A stretch of DNA of 64,000 bases from Chloroflexota bacterium (GTDB taxonomy: Bacteria; Chloroflexota; Limnocylindria; Limnocylindrales; CSP1-4): positions 133,222-197,221 of the forward strand of contig JAXLXC010000001.1 of NCBI GenBank assembly GCA_046328155.1, in the 5' to 3' direction. This document shows positions 37,423 through 47,292 of the stretch, piece by piece. Both the position numbers and the translations under genes were made by a program. Under the pieces are notes generated by a model. That model was not told the origin of the DNA and made no database searches. It saw only the letters and a program-made list of their open reading frames with translations. The stretch's first letter is position 1; every line of letters starts with the position of its first letter.

Positions 37423-38768
37423 GGCACCGCCCCGCCGGTGAGCAACCCGCGCGCGCGTCCCACCAGATACAGCGAGCCCGCCACGACCAGCGGCCCGCCC
37501 TCCCGCGAGGCCGCGGCCAGCCCCAGCTCCAACGCCTCGTCCACGGATGCCGTGGGCTCGGCGCGCGGGCCCCAGACCCTCGCCAGCTCGGTCGCGTCGA
37601 GCGACCTCGGCGTGTCCGGGACGGGTGTCGCGAGGACGCGCGCCGCTCGCAGGGACGACGCCTGTCGCAGGGCGGCGACCATGCCCGGGACGTCCTTGTC
37701 CGCGAGGATCCCCAGGATCAGCGTCGGCCGACCGGTCCCCAGCCAGGGCGCCAGCCGGTCCAGGGCCGCGGCGAGGGCGCGTGCGCCATCGGCGTTGTGC
37801 GCGCCGTCCAGGAGCACGTCCACCGACCCCGCCCGAAGCAGCTCGAGGCGTCCGGGCCAGCGGGCGTCGGCCAGACCGCGGCGGATGGCATCCGGACCCA
37901 CGGTCGCGATGCCGGCGCGTGCCAGCGCCCCGAGGATGCCCAGGGCGACCGCCGCGTTGGCTGCCTGATGGTCCCCCAGCAGGCCGATTCGCAGCTCGCC
38001 GAGGTCCTGGTCCGCGACCCGCAGCCCGGACCGATCTACGCCCAGGATGTCGAGCGGGGTCGTCACGACGAGCGGCGCGCGCACCCGCGACGCCCGACGG
38101 CGGATGGGCGGCAACGCGTCGCCCATGGCGCCCGTGACGGCGAGGTCGCCGCGCTTGATGATGGCTGCCTTCTCGCGCGCGATGACCGCGACGGTCTCGC
38201 CCAGGTGCTCGGTGTGGTCCAGGCCCACGTTGGTGATGGCCGCGACGCCGCCGTCCCACGCGTTCGTGGCATCCAGCCTCCCACCCAGGCCCACCTCGAT
38301 GACCGCGACGTCGACCCGCGCCCGATCCAGCCACAGGAACGCCGCCGTGGTGAGCACCTCGAACTCGGTCGGTGGGCCATGGCGACGCTCGACGCGGTCG
38401 GCCGCGGCCAGCACCTCGCGGAGCACCGAATCCAGGTCGGCGCCCTCGATCGGCTGGCCATCGACCACGACCCGCTCGCGATAGCTCACGAGGTGCGGCT
38501 TGGGGGTCTGCCCGACGCGCAGGCCGGCCGCCCGCAGCACCGACGCGACCATCGCCTGGGTGCTGCCCTTGCCGTTGGTCCCGCCGATGAGGGCACCCCG
38601 CAGGTGGCGCTCCGGCGAGCCGACCGCGGCAAGCAGCGCACGCGTGCGCGACAGCCCGAGCCGGATGCCGAACCTGCCCCTCGCCTGGAGGGCGGCGACC
38701 ACCGCTGACACGGGTTCGGCCGCGGGCCTGGTGGTGGCTCGGTCCGGCGTCCCGCCAGTGCCGGTCAT
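37419..38768 (-). CDS. folC: bifunctional folylpolyglutamate synthase / dihydrofolate synthase
   Basis: P-loop IGGTNGKGST and a Mur-ligase-like body. The preferred start is the ATG at 38768 (ATGA overlap with the upstream ORF). The track start at 38801 is also possible. Confidence 0.85.
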   Translation of the reverse strand: MTGTGGTPDRATTRPAAEPVSAVVAALQARGRFGIRLGLSRTRALLAAVGSPERHLRGALIGGTNGKGSTQAMVASVLRAAGLRVGQTPKPHLVSYRERVVVDGQPIEGADLDSVLREVLAAADRVERRHGPPTEFEVLTTAAFLWLDRARVDVAVIEVGLGGRLDATNAWDGGVAAITNVGLDHTEHLGETVAVIAREKAAIIKRGDLAVTGAMGDALPPIRRRASRVRAPLVVTTPLDILGVDRSGLRVADQDLGELRIGLLGDHQAANAAVALGILGALARAGIATVGPDAIRRGLADARWPGRLELLRAGSVDVLLDGAHNADGARALAAALDRLAPWLGTGRPTLILGILADKDVPGMVAALRQASSLRAARVLATPVPDTPRSLDATELARVWGPRAEPTASVDEALELGLAAASREGGPLVVAGSLYLVGRARGLLTGGAVP

Positions 38769-39202
38769 CGACCGGTCAGCTCGTCCTCGTAGAACACGCA
38801 CTGGTTGAAGCGCGAGGACAGGCAGATGTCGCCCACGTAGCCGCCATCGAGATGCACGCCGCCACGCAGCTGACAGCGGCAGATGGTGGCGTCATGGCGC
38901 ATGAGCGCCTTGAGCATGTGCGGCGCGTGGATCGGGATGGGGCCGCGGGGCCCCGTGACGAAGAAGTGCGGGCAGACGTTGCGCCGGAGGTTGGGCAGGC
39001 CGAAGCGCTCGCGGGTGCCCATCGCGGCCAGCTGCGCGGATGCGACCGCGGTCCGGGACAGCGCCGGTGCCCTGCCATACGGGCCTTGGGGAGGCGGCGG
39101 GGGTGCGGGCCGACCGCCGACCGTGCGCGGCGCCGCCTGAGCTGGCTTCCGGTACTGGGCTGACAACGGGCCTCCCTCATGCCACGACGCGTGTGGCGAC
39201 AT
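38765..39202 (-). CDS. hypothetical protein with a Pro-rich N-terminus and a Cys-rich C-terminal domain
   Basis: The ATG at 39202 gives 145 aa. The C-terminal part is RFGLPNLRRNVCPHFFVTGPRGPIPIHAPHMLKALMRHDATICRCQLRGGVHLDGGYVGDICLSSRFNQCVFYEDE, with 5 Cys and several His. Its stop overlaps the folC start. No family recognised. Confidence 0.5.
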   Translation of the reverse strand: MSPHASWHEGGPLSAQYRKPAQAAPRTVGGRPAPPPPPQGPYGRAPALSRTAVASAQLAAMGTRERFGLPNLRRNVCPHFFVTGPRGPIPIHAPHMLKALMRHDATICRCQLRGGVHLDGGYVGDICLSSRFNQCVFYEDELTGR

Positions 39203-39336
39203 GGGTACCTTACCGGTTCGGAGCCCACCACACGCACCGACACCGACCCACATGCGCTGCGTCTCCGCGTGACCTCTGCCATGATCACGTATCCATGGAC
39301 GGCTTGGCCCCGCGGACGCGCCGACCCGACCGGTCG

Positions 39337-40533
39337 ATGGTGAGCTTCGTACCGGCGCGTCCATCCGAACGACATGTCCCGGGTACAGGGCCCGTGCGAC
39401 TCCCGGAGCGTCAGTCCCATGCCCGGGCGCTGCCGGCGCCCGACGATGCGTCCCTGACGCTGGGGCGGCGTATCGGGGTGCTGGTCGTGCTGCTCGTGCT
39501 GGGGGGCGCCATCCTGCTCGCCGCCAACGGTGGGCGGCATGGCGACGAGACCGCGGGGGTCGTCGTCGCGCCCACGGCCGTGGTGGTCGCCGCCACGCCA
39601 TCGGCGGCCGTCGACCCCGCGACGAGCATCCTGCCCATCGTGGGCGCGCCCACCGGCCAGCCCTCGTTCGTGGCACCGGATTCGACCCTCGTGAACACCC
39701 GCAAGGTCAACCTGCGCGTGCGCGTGCCGGACCCGGGCGTCCCCTGGGATGGCATGGAGCTGCGCGTGCTCCGGGGTGGCACCCAGGTGCTGGCCAAGGC
39801 GGTCGCGGCCGACGACGTCAACTCCAAGGGGCGCGTGACCCTCAAGGGCGTCCCCCTCAAGCGGGGCACCAACAAGCTCGTCGTCGTGCTCGCCAACGGC
39901 AGCGGCGCGGGGCCCGCCTCGGACGTCCTGGCCATCAAGCTGGATGACCAGCCGCCAAAGCTCAAGGTCACCGCCCCCCGCGCCGGCGCGACCCTCAACT
40001 CGGACTCGGTGGCCGTGCGAGGCCGCACGGTGGCAGGCGCGAGGGTCATCGTCCGCAACGTGACCACCGACCAGAAGGTCGAGGTGTTCGCGGCTGGCGA
40101 TGGTGCCTTCCAGGCCAAGCTGGACCTCAAGCGGGGACGTGACACGATCAAGGTCGCGGTCGCGGACCAGGCCGGCAACCAGAACGTGGAGCAGTTCGCG
40201 ATCGTCCGGGGCAACGGCAAGCCCGAGGCGATCCTCACGATCTCGCGGAAGCTGTTCCATCGGGCGGCGCTGCCCAGGACCCTGGACATCCGCGCCACGG
40301 TGCTCGACGCGGAGGGCCGACCCATCAAGGGCGCGGACATCGTGTTCACCGTCGCGCCGCCAGGCGTCCAGGCGCAGGTCCGCGAGGCGACGACGAGCAG
40401 GGACGGGACGGCGGGCTGGTCAGGCTTCCGGGTCGTGAAGGACGTCTCGACCGGGGATGGCCTGGTGACCATCCGGGTCACCCTCCCAGACGGGCGGGCG
40501 CTCACCAGCACCAAGCACTTCAAGGTCGACTGA
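39337..40533 (+). CDS. membrane-anchored protein with repeated Ig-like/beta-sandwich modules
   Basis: ATG at 39337, with an alternative at 39294. One TM helix (IGVLVVLLVLGGAILLAA) is followed by repeats of the type VRGRTVAGARVIV...GRDTIKVAVADQAGN. Confidence 0.65.
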   Translation: MVSFVPARPSERHVPGTGPVRLPERQSHARALPAPDDASLTLGRRIGVLVVLLVLGGAILLAANGGRHGDETAGVVVAPTAVVVAATPSAAVDPATSILPIVGAPTGQPSFVAPDSTLVNTRKVNLRVRVPDPGVPWDGMELRVLRGGTQVLAKAVAADDVNSKGRVTLKGVPLKRGTNKLVVVLANGSGAGPASDVLAIKLDDQPPKLKVTAPRAGATLNSDSVAVRGRTVAGARVIVRNVTTDQKVEVFAAGDGAFQAKLDLKRGRDTIKVAVADQAGNQNVEQFAIVRGNGKPEAILTISRKLFHRAALPRTLDIRATVLDAEGRPIKGADIVFTVAPPGVQAQVREATTSRDGTAGWSGFRVVKDVSTGDGLVTIRVTLPDGRALTSTKHFKVD

Positions 40534-41124
40534 CCCGGGCGGCCCGGGCGGGGCGGAGCGGGCGATGCCGCGCGCCGGGACGAAGGTCGCCTCCCGCAAC
40601 CCGGCCATGGCGCCCACCGCTCGGGTGCGCTCTCCGGCGACCGGGATGACCCAGGTCCGCGTCCCCACGGTGTCGCCGCGGTGGTCGCCGCTCGTCCCGG
40701 CCCAGGTGCCCGTCGCGGACGTGGCATGGGCGCCGGTCCTCGCGTCCGATGCGTCGTCGGCGATGACGGGCGGCTCGGGGTCGAGCCCGCGGAACAGACC
40801 CTCGAAGGGCTCCGGCCGCGACGGCGCCTGCCAGCACGCCCGGACCTCGTCGCCCTGGAGGACGGCCCGCGTGCGGTCGAGCGCGCAGTAGCCCAGACGC
40901 CCGGCGACGGCGCGGACGTAGTGGCGGCACGTGCCGCACGCGAAGGGGTGGCGGGAACACGCCCAGCACCGCGCGCCGTCGGTCTGGGGCGTGCCACAGT
41001 GGGGACAACGCCACGTCTCCACGGTCGCACAGTGTAGCTGCACCGGGCGGACCACCCCGGCACTCGGCGCACGCGCGGCGAGGGATGCGTCGGTCGGCTG
41101 TCGATCCGACCATGCGTTCGACAT
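40420..41124 (-). CDS. hypothetical zinc-ribbon/Cys-rich protein downstream of the PASTA kinase
   Basis: 234-aa ORF starting 27 bp after the kinase stop. The N-terminal part, WRCPHCGTPQTDGARCWACSRHPFACGTCRHYV...YCAL, contains CxxC pairs. The C-terminal half is low-complexity and overlaps the convergent gene by 114 bp, so the 3' end is doubtful. Confidence 0.45.
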   Translation of the reverse strand: MSNAWSDRQPTDASLAARAPSAGVVRPVQLHCATVETWRCPHCGTPQTDGARCWACSRHPFACGTCRHYVRAVAGRLGYCALDRTRAVLQGDEVRACWQAPSRPEPFEGLFRGLDPEPPVIADDASDARTGAHATSATGTWAGTSGDHRGDTVGTRTWVIPVAGERTRAVGAMAGLREATFVPARGIARSAPPGPPGSVDLEVLGAGERPPVWEGDPDGHQAIPGRDVLHDPEA

Positions 41125-41150
41125 CCGCGGCCGTCACCGGGATGGGCGGC

Positions 41151-42887
41151 TCAGGCCGGGCAGGGCTCCGAGGGGTCGACGACCCACAGCTGGACCACCG
41201 TGCCGGGTTGGACCTCGGCGCCTGCGGCCGGCTCCTGGTCCCGGACCAGCCACGAGCCATCGCTCTGCGGCTCCGGCGGCAGGACGGCGCCCATCGCGAG
41301 CCCCGACTCCTGGACCTGGCGCCTCGCATCGTCGAGCGGCAGGCACTCGTAGTTGCCGACCATGACCGGGGCGACCTCGGGTGGCACGCTCGGCGTGGGG
41401 CGTGGCCCCCGCGACACGTAGTAGGCGACCGTGGTGCCCTCCGCGACCTCAGCCCCAGCGGCGGGCTCCGTGCGCACGACCCGACCCTTGCGCACGTCGT
41501 CGTCATACGTCTGGAACCGGCCGCTGGGCTTGAGCCCCGCCTCCACGAGCCGCGTCTTGGCCTGCGACTCCGTCGCACCCCGGAGGTCCGGCACCCGGAC
41601 GGTGTCGACCTCCTGCGCCACCACCACCTTGACCGTGTCGCCCGGCATGACCGCGGCGCCCTCCTCGGGGTCCTGGTCGATGATGGTGCCGGGCTCCGCC
41701 CGGTCACTGGTGCGTTGGTGCTCGTCGAGGAAGATGTCCGCCCGGTCGGCCAGGACACGGGCATCCTCGACACGCGTGCCCACGAACCGAGGCACCGCGA
41801 TCGAGGTCGGGCCTGGGACCTGGGAGCCGGGGCTCGCCGTTCCCGTGCCGACCCCCGACCCGGCGACCAGGGACAGGAGCACGAGCACGCCGGCGACCAC
41901 CAGCACGAACAACGCCAGGAGCGCCACCACCCAGCCCACGCGTCCCAGCGGACCGCCCGAGCTGCGGGGTCGCTGGGCGCGCAGCGAGGTGCTGGAGCCG
42001 GTGGCCAGCGAGGTCGTCGGGTAGCCGGTCGGCGGCAGGACGGCCTGATAGGTCGAGGTGCCGAGCGGGTCGGCCAGGAAGCGCCCGAGGGAGGATGCGA
42101 GCTCGCTGGCGGTCGGCCTGGACCGCGGATCGGGCTGGAGCGACCAGCGCACGATCGCGTCGACTGCCGCGGGCACGTCCGGTCGCACCTCGATGGGCGA
42201 GGGGATCCGGCCACCCAGCCGCGCCATGGCGACCTCGGCCGCCGTGCCACCACCGAACGCGCGATGCCCCGTGAGCATCTCGTAGATGACGAGCCCGGCG
42301 GAGTACACGTCCGACGCGGCGGTGACGGGCTCCCCCTTGGCCTGCTCGGGGCTGAAGTAGTGGACGCTGCCCATGGTCACGCCGGTCATGGTCAGCTGGG
42401 CGTCCGTGAACGCCTGGGCGATGCCGAAGTCGGCGACCTTGACCCGACCTCCCGCCGACAGGAGCACGTTGCTGGGCTTGATGTCGCGATGCACGATGCC
42501 GCGCTGGTGCGCCGCGTCGATGGCATCGGCGACCTGCTGGCCGATGCTCGCGGCCACGGTCGGCGGCAGCGGCCCCCGCTCGCGGAGCGCGCCCGCGAGG
42601 TCGCCGCCCGTCACCAGCTCCATCACGATGTACGGGCCGACGGGGTCCTGCCCGTAGTCGAACACGGCGACCACGTTGGGATGGTTGAGCTGTGCGGCCG
42701 CCTGCGCCTCGCGCTGGAAGCGGGCGAGGAAGCTGGCGTCCGTGCCGTACTCGCCGCGCAGGACCTTGATGGCGACGTCGCGACCCAGCTTGGTGTCGCG
42801 ACCACGGTAGATGGTCGCCATGCCACCCTGGCCGATGAGCTCGACCAGGGCGTACCGGCCCCCCAGCACGCGCCCGACGTCAGCCAT
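41151..42887 (-). CDS. pknB: Ser/Thr protein kinase with extracellular PASTA repeats
   Basis: 578 aa. Kinase motifs GQGGMATIYRG, AIKVL, HRDIKPSN and DFG. One TM helix followed by three PASTA-like repeats. Confidence 0.9.
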   Translation of the reverse strand: MADVGRVLGGRYALVELIGQGGMATIYRGRDTKLGRDVAIKVLRGEYGTDASFLARFQREAQAAAQLNHPNVVAVFDYGQDPVGPYIVMELVTGGDLAGALRERGPLPPTVAASIGQQVADAIDAAHQRGIVHRDIKPSNVLLSAGGRVKVADFGIAQAFTDAQLTMTGVTMGSVHYFSPEQAKGEPVTAASDVYSAGLVIYEMLTGHRAFGGGTAAEVAMARLGGRIPSPIEVRPDVPAAVDAIVRWSLQPDPRSRPTASELASSLGRFLADPLGTSTYQAVLPPTGYPTTSLATGSSTSLRAQRPRSSGGPLGRVGWVVALLALFVLVVAGVLVLLSLVAGSGVGTGTASPGSQVPGPTSIAVPRFVGTRVEDARVLADRADIFLDEHQRTSDRAEPGTIIDQDPEEGAAVMPGDTVKVVVAQEVDTVRVPDLRGATESQAKTRLVEAGLKPSGRFQTYDDDVRKGRVVRTEPAAGAEVAEGTTVAYYVSRGPRPTPSVPPEVAPVMVGNYECLPLDDARRQVQESGLAMGAVLPPEPQSDGSWLVRDQEPAAGAEVQPGTVVQLWVVDPSEPCPA

Positions 42888-42922
42888 GTGCCCGCATCCC
42901 GGTCAGCCCCCGCGGGCGGGCA

Positions 42923-43801
42923 TCAGCGGAGGTCGACGGAGGACAGGTAGCTGCGGAACTCGGCGCCGATGTCGGGGCGCTCGAGCGCCAGCTCCACCGA
43001 TGCCTTGAGCCAGCCCATGGTGGTGCCGGCGTCGTACCGCGTCCCCTCGAACTCGTAGGCGTAGACGTCCTGCTCCGCCATGAGCGCCATGATCGCGTCG
43101 GTGAGCTGGATCTCGCCGCCCGCGCCACGAGGCGTCTGCTCCAGCTTCTCGAAGATCTTGGGGGTCAGGACATAGCGCCCGATGATGGCGAGGTCGCTGG
43201 GCGCGGCGCCGGGCTCGGGCTTCTCGACCAGGCCTCGGACCTTGTGCAGCCGCTCGTCCCCGTTGTGACCGCGGGTGGCCGGGTCGACCACGCCGTATCG
43301 GCTGGTCTCGTCGGCCGGCACCTGCATCACCGCCACCACCGACGAGTGGGTGCGCTGGTAGGCATCGATGAGCTGGCCGATGCACGGCCGCTCGGCGGCG
43401 ACCACGTCGTCGGACAGGATGACCGCGAACGGCTCGTGCGCAACCAGCTCCTTGGCCATGAGCACGGCATGGCCAAGGCCCAGCTGCTCCTTCTGCCGCA
43501 CGTAGCTGATCTGGACCATGTCGCCGATCTGGCGGACCCGGCGGAGCATCTCGATGTCACCCTTGGCCTCGAGCAGGTGCTCCAGCTCGTAGCTGTGGTC
43601 GAAGTGGTCCTCGATGGCTCGCTTCTGGCTGCTGGTGACGATGATCACCTGCTCGATCCCGGCGGCCACCGCCTCCTCGACGGCGTACTGGATGACGGGC
43701 TTGTCGACCAGGGGCAGCATCTCCTTGGGCTGCGCCTTGGTGGCGGGGAGGAACCGCGTCCCCCAGCCGGCGGCGGGGAAGACGGCTTTGCGGACGCGCA
43801 T
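42923..43801 (-). CDS. galU: UTP--glucose-1-phosphate uridylyltransferase
   Basis: Start at the ATG at 43801. MRVRKAVFPAAGWGTRFLPATKAQPKEMLPLVDKPVIQY is a canonical GalU N-terminus. Confidence 0.9.
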   Translation of the reverse strand: MRVRKAVFPAAGWGTRFLPATKAQPKEMLPLVDKPVIQYAVEEAVAAGIEQVIIVTSSQKRAIEDHFDHSYELEHLLEAKGDIEMLRRVRQIGDMVQISYVRQKEQLGLGHAVLMAKELVAHEPFAVILSDDVVAAERPCIGQLIDAYQRTHSSVVAVMQVPADETSRYGVVDPATRGHNGDERLHKVRGLVEKPEPGAAPSDLAIIGRYVLTPKIFEKLEQTPRGAGGEIQLTDAIMALMAEQDVYAYEFEGTRYDAGTTMGWLKASVELALERPDIGAEFRSYLSSVDLR

Positions 43802-43936
43802 CGGACCTCGTCGTGATCGTCGCTGGCGGTCGCGTCGGGCGTGCGACCTCGTGGGACCCGAGTATACCGGCGCCCCTCCCCCCGCCGACCACCCGTTGGG
43901 CGGCGTATCCGGCCCTTCTTTGGTACGGTCGCGCCG

Positions 43937-45779
43937 ATGGCGGCATCGCGCGTCCGTCAGGGCGTCGCCCTGCTGCTCCTCCTCACGCTCCAGCTCGCGG
44001 TCTCGCCCGTGCATGCCGCATCGCCCGCGCCGAGCGGCCTGCCCTCGCCCATCGGGGCGTCGCCGGCTGGCTCCCCCGTCGCGTCGCCCACGCCACGGCC
44101 CTCGCCCACGCCCCTCCCGCTGCCGTCGCTCGACCCGGTCGAGCCGCTGGCGCCGACCGCGCCCGCCCTCACCCGGGAGGTCGTCGCCTACCTGCCGTAC
44201 TGGGTCGCCCTCCACCAGGACCTGCCGTGGGACCCGGACGCCGAGCCCTGGATCACGGATGGCCGCCTCACGGACCTCGTGCTGTTCAGCGTGGGAATCG
44301 CGCGGAACGGATCGCTCCGCCTGGACGAGCCGGGCGCCCAGTGGATCCTGGGCCCGGATGCCGCACGCGTCATCAGCGCCGCCCACGAGCGAGGGATCCG
44401 GGTGCTGGTGTCGTTCACCAGCTTCGGGCGGGACCGCAACGAGCGGCTCATGGGGTCCGACGAGGCCATCGACCAGTTCGCCCGCGAGGCGGCCCAGCTG
44501 GTGGCGGCACGTGGCCTCGACGGCGCGGACCTGGACGTGGAGCAGCTGCCCAGCGACCGCTTCAGCGGCTTCGGCCGGATGGTGCGGGCGCTGTCCCGGG
44601 CGCTCCGCGCCGACGATCCGGATGCGCGGGTCATGGCCGCCACCAACGGCAACAGGTCGGGCGCGCGCATGGCGTCGCTGGCCATCCGACGGGGTGCCGA
44701 CCGGGTGTTCCTGATGGGCTACTCGTACCGCGGACCCACCTCGTCGCTGACCGGCAGCATCGCGCCGCTCGTGCGCACCGACGGCGGCCTGAGCCTGCGC
44801 CAGCCTCGAGCTGTACGCGGCACGCGAGGTCCCGTTCGACCGGATCGTCGTGGGCCTGCCCGCCTACGGCATGACCTGGGCCACCCGTGGTCCCGAGCTG
44901 CACGCTCGTCGGGCGCCGGCGAGCGTGTCGGCCCGGGGCGCCACGACGCTGTTCCGCGTGGTGGGCCCGAGCAGCGGCGCCATCGACGTGACCTACGACA
45001 CCGACCCAGTCGAGGGGTCCGCGCGCCTGACCTGGTTCCAGCCGGACCGAGGCTCGTGGTTCCAGACCTACTACGACACGCCGGCCACCCTCCGGGCCAA
45101 GTACCTCCTCGCCCACGAGGAGGGGCTGGCAGGTGTGGGCATGTGGACGCTGGGCTACGACTGGGGCGACCCTGGCTACCCGGCGCTCGTCGATGAGGTG
45201 TTCGCGCGGCCGGTGCTCGACGCGGTCACGGTGGCCGGGTCGGGCGACCTTGACGTGCGCATCACGGCGCGGGTGTTCCCTGGCCTCGCGGCGACCAGCG
45301 GCGTGCGGGTCTCGGATGACGGGCTGACGTGGAGCGACTGGCTCGACCCGGCACCGCTCGACCCCGCGGGCGGCGGGCTGGCATGGCGCCTCCCCGGATG
45401 GCCCCGACGGCCCTCGGACGATCCATCTCCAGGCCGGCGACGCCGCAGGCACGCTGTCCGCCGACACGCAGGTCGAGGTGCGCGTCGACCGGGTGCCGCC
45501 GGTCCTGGTCGGGCCGTCCCTGCGGCCCGGGCCGGTGCCGGGCTCGTGGAGCGTGCTCGTGGGCGCGGCCGACCAGGGCGGGTCGGCCAGGCCGAGGTCC
45601 GCTGGACCATCGGCGACGCGCTGGCCCGCGACTGGGCGCCCCTCGACTCGCTCGCGGCAGGGTCCATCACGGCGCCCGTCGACCAGCCGGTCTCCGTCGA
45701 GGTCCGCGCGACCGACCTGGCAGGTCGGGTGACCACAGGCAGCGCCACCGCGCCGGCAGGGAGCTGGGCCCGCCCCTGA
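43937..45779 (+). pseudogene. secreted GH18 (chitinase-like) glycoside hydrolase with at least 3 frame changes
   Basis: Signal peptide MAASRVRQGVALLLLLTLQLAVSPVHA and catalytic motif LDGADLDVEQ. The frame changes at about 44797 (…GGLSL | LELYAAREVPFDRIVVGLPAYGMTW), about 45395 and about 45585. The length of 1843 nt is not divisible by 3. Confidence 0.65.
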
Positions 45780-45785
45780 CGCCGG

Positions 45786-46851
45786 TCAGCGGGCGACCGG
45801 CTCGCCCGTCGGCTCGGGCTCGCTCCGCCTGGCGCGCAGCACGATCGACGTGAACGGCACGCGCACCTCCGCGAACGTCTCGGTGGACACCAGGAACCCG
45901 GCGAGGAGCAGGACCACCCCCGCGAGCTTGCCCACGCCGTAGTACTCGGTCGACCCGAACCGATTGAGGCTGTCCGTGATGGTCGGCACCAGCGCCCCGG
46001 CCGCGATGAGCAGGGTTGCCGGCACCCGGCTGTGGAGACGGCCCTGGAGCAGTGCCCGGAACGCGCCCGGCACCGACGCCACGAAGTTGACCGCGATGGC
46101 GACGGGCGAGATCAACAGCTGGAACAGGAACTGCTCGCCGGGCTGGTCGGGCTCCAGCGAGTGGTCCAGCACGCGGCGCTTGGGCATGAACACGTAGGCG
46201 CTGAACAGGGCGCCCAGGATGAGCGCGAACGCGCCCGTGACGTTCATGAATGGCGTCAGCAGCCGCAGCTGCCCGGGCAGCAGGGCCCCGGTCGGTGCCG
46301 CCGTCACCGGGTCGATGGCGTAGCCGGGCGCGGGGAATGGTGGTGCCCATCATCAGCACCAGCGACAGGAGCGTGGCGCCCACCACGGCGAGGGCCGCGA
46401 GGCGCGGCCAGCGCCAGTCGGCGAGCCAGGTCGCGGTGGCCACCGCGAACGCGAGTGCACCCGCGACCACGAGGTACACCAGGGGCACGATGCCCACGTC
46501 CGGGTACTCGGCGGGGAAGCGACGAGGCGTCAGGAACGTGAACAGGCCCGCGAGGAACAGGCCCAGCGCGAAGCCGTAGCCGAACCTGGTCCGTCCCAGC
46601 AGGAACGCGTTGCCGAGGCCCAGCCAGCCGGCGGTCCACACGGCGCCGGTCAGGTACCACGTCCGATACAGGGCCTCGTCCCAGCCCCACGCCGCCGCGA
46701 GCGCCTCGCAGCCGGAGGCCACCGCGAAGCAGGCCATGCCCACGAACCAGACCAGCTGGAACGTGCCGTGCCGATCGCGCCACTGCGCCAACAGGCCGGC
46801 GGCCATCAGCGCGGCCAGCAGCGAGGTGAGCGCCGGGATCAGGAGCGCCAT
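45786..46851 (-). pseudogene. polytopic membrane protein with one frame change
   Basis: The N-terminal 170 codons (MALLIPALTSLLAALMAAGLL...LVLMMGTTIP) and the C-terminal 173 codons (…TAAPTGALLPGQLRLLTPFMNVTGAFALILG...) are hydrophobic in two different frames, joining near 46320-46340. Length is 1066 nt. Confidence 0.6.
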
Positions 46852-46896
46852 GGCATGGGCCTGCCCGTCAGGTCGCCGACCATGCGGGGATGCGCC

Positions 46897-47274
46897 TCAG
46901 GCGGGCAGGAACTCGTGCGACTCGTGGTGGACCCCATCGCACAGGCCGAACCCGGGCGGCTCCGTGGGCAGCGGCACCGGGCGCATCAGCTCTCGCACCG
47001 ACGACAGCCGGCACAGGTAGTAGCCCCGCTCGCGCGCCCAGGCTCGGAAGTGCGCTGGGTCGGCGTGGAACTGGTGCGGCCCTGGGTTGATGGCCGCCCG
47101 CTCCGCCCAGGATGCGGACGTCTCGACGGCCACGGGATCCAGGATGGACACCCGGAACGGCGTGCCCCCGATGGGCTCGCCGCAGCCCGCGCATCGCCTG
47201 CCGTCGTTCTCGTCGAACACGGTGGGGATGCGGATGCCCATGATCGCGCCGCCGCGGAACCCTGTCGCTGCCAC
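46897..47274 (-). CDS. hypothetical protein
   Basis: 125-aa ORF with a GTG start, or 114 aa from the ATG at 47241. Contains RCAGCGEPIGG. No family recognised. Confidence 0.45.
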   Translation of the reverse strand: MAATGFRGGAIMGIRIPTVFDENDGRRCAGCGEPIGGTPFRVSILDPVAVETSASWAERAAINPGPHQFHADPAHFRAWARERGYYLCRLSSVRELMRPVPLPTEPPGFGLCDGVHHESHEFLPA

Positions 47275-47292
47275 GTCCGGATCGTAGCAGGG

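Noticed and set aside
36562-38768. 4-nt start/stop overlaps (ATGA/GTGA/TTGA) seen repeatedly, in fol genes, ABC operons, TetR/NTase and IclR/hydrolase
   Set aside because: This is ordinary translational coupling in compact operons. I used it as supporting evidence for start-codon choice and do not count it as an anomaly.
38776-41072. 494-aa and 553-aa minus-strand ORFs across the Ig-like gene
   Set aside because: They are antisense to a gene with a clear TM anchor and repeat structure. Their composition is Arg/Ser/Thr/Pro-rich, with no motifs.
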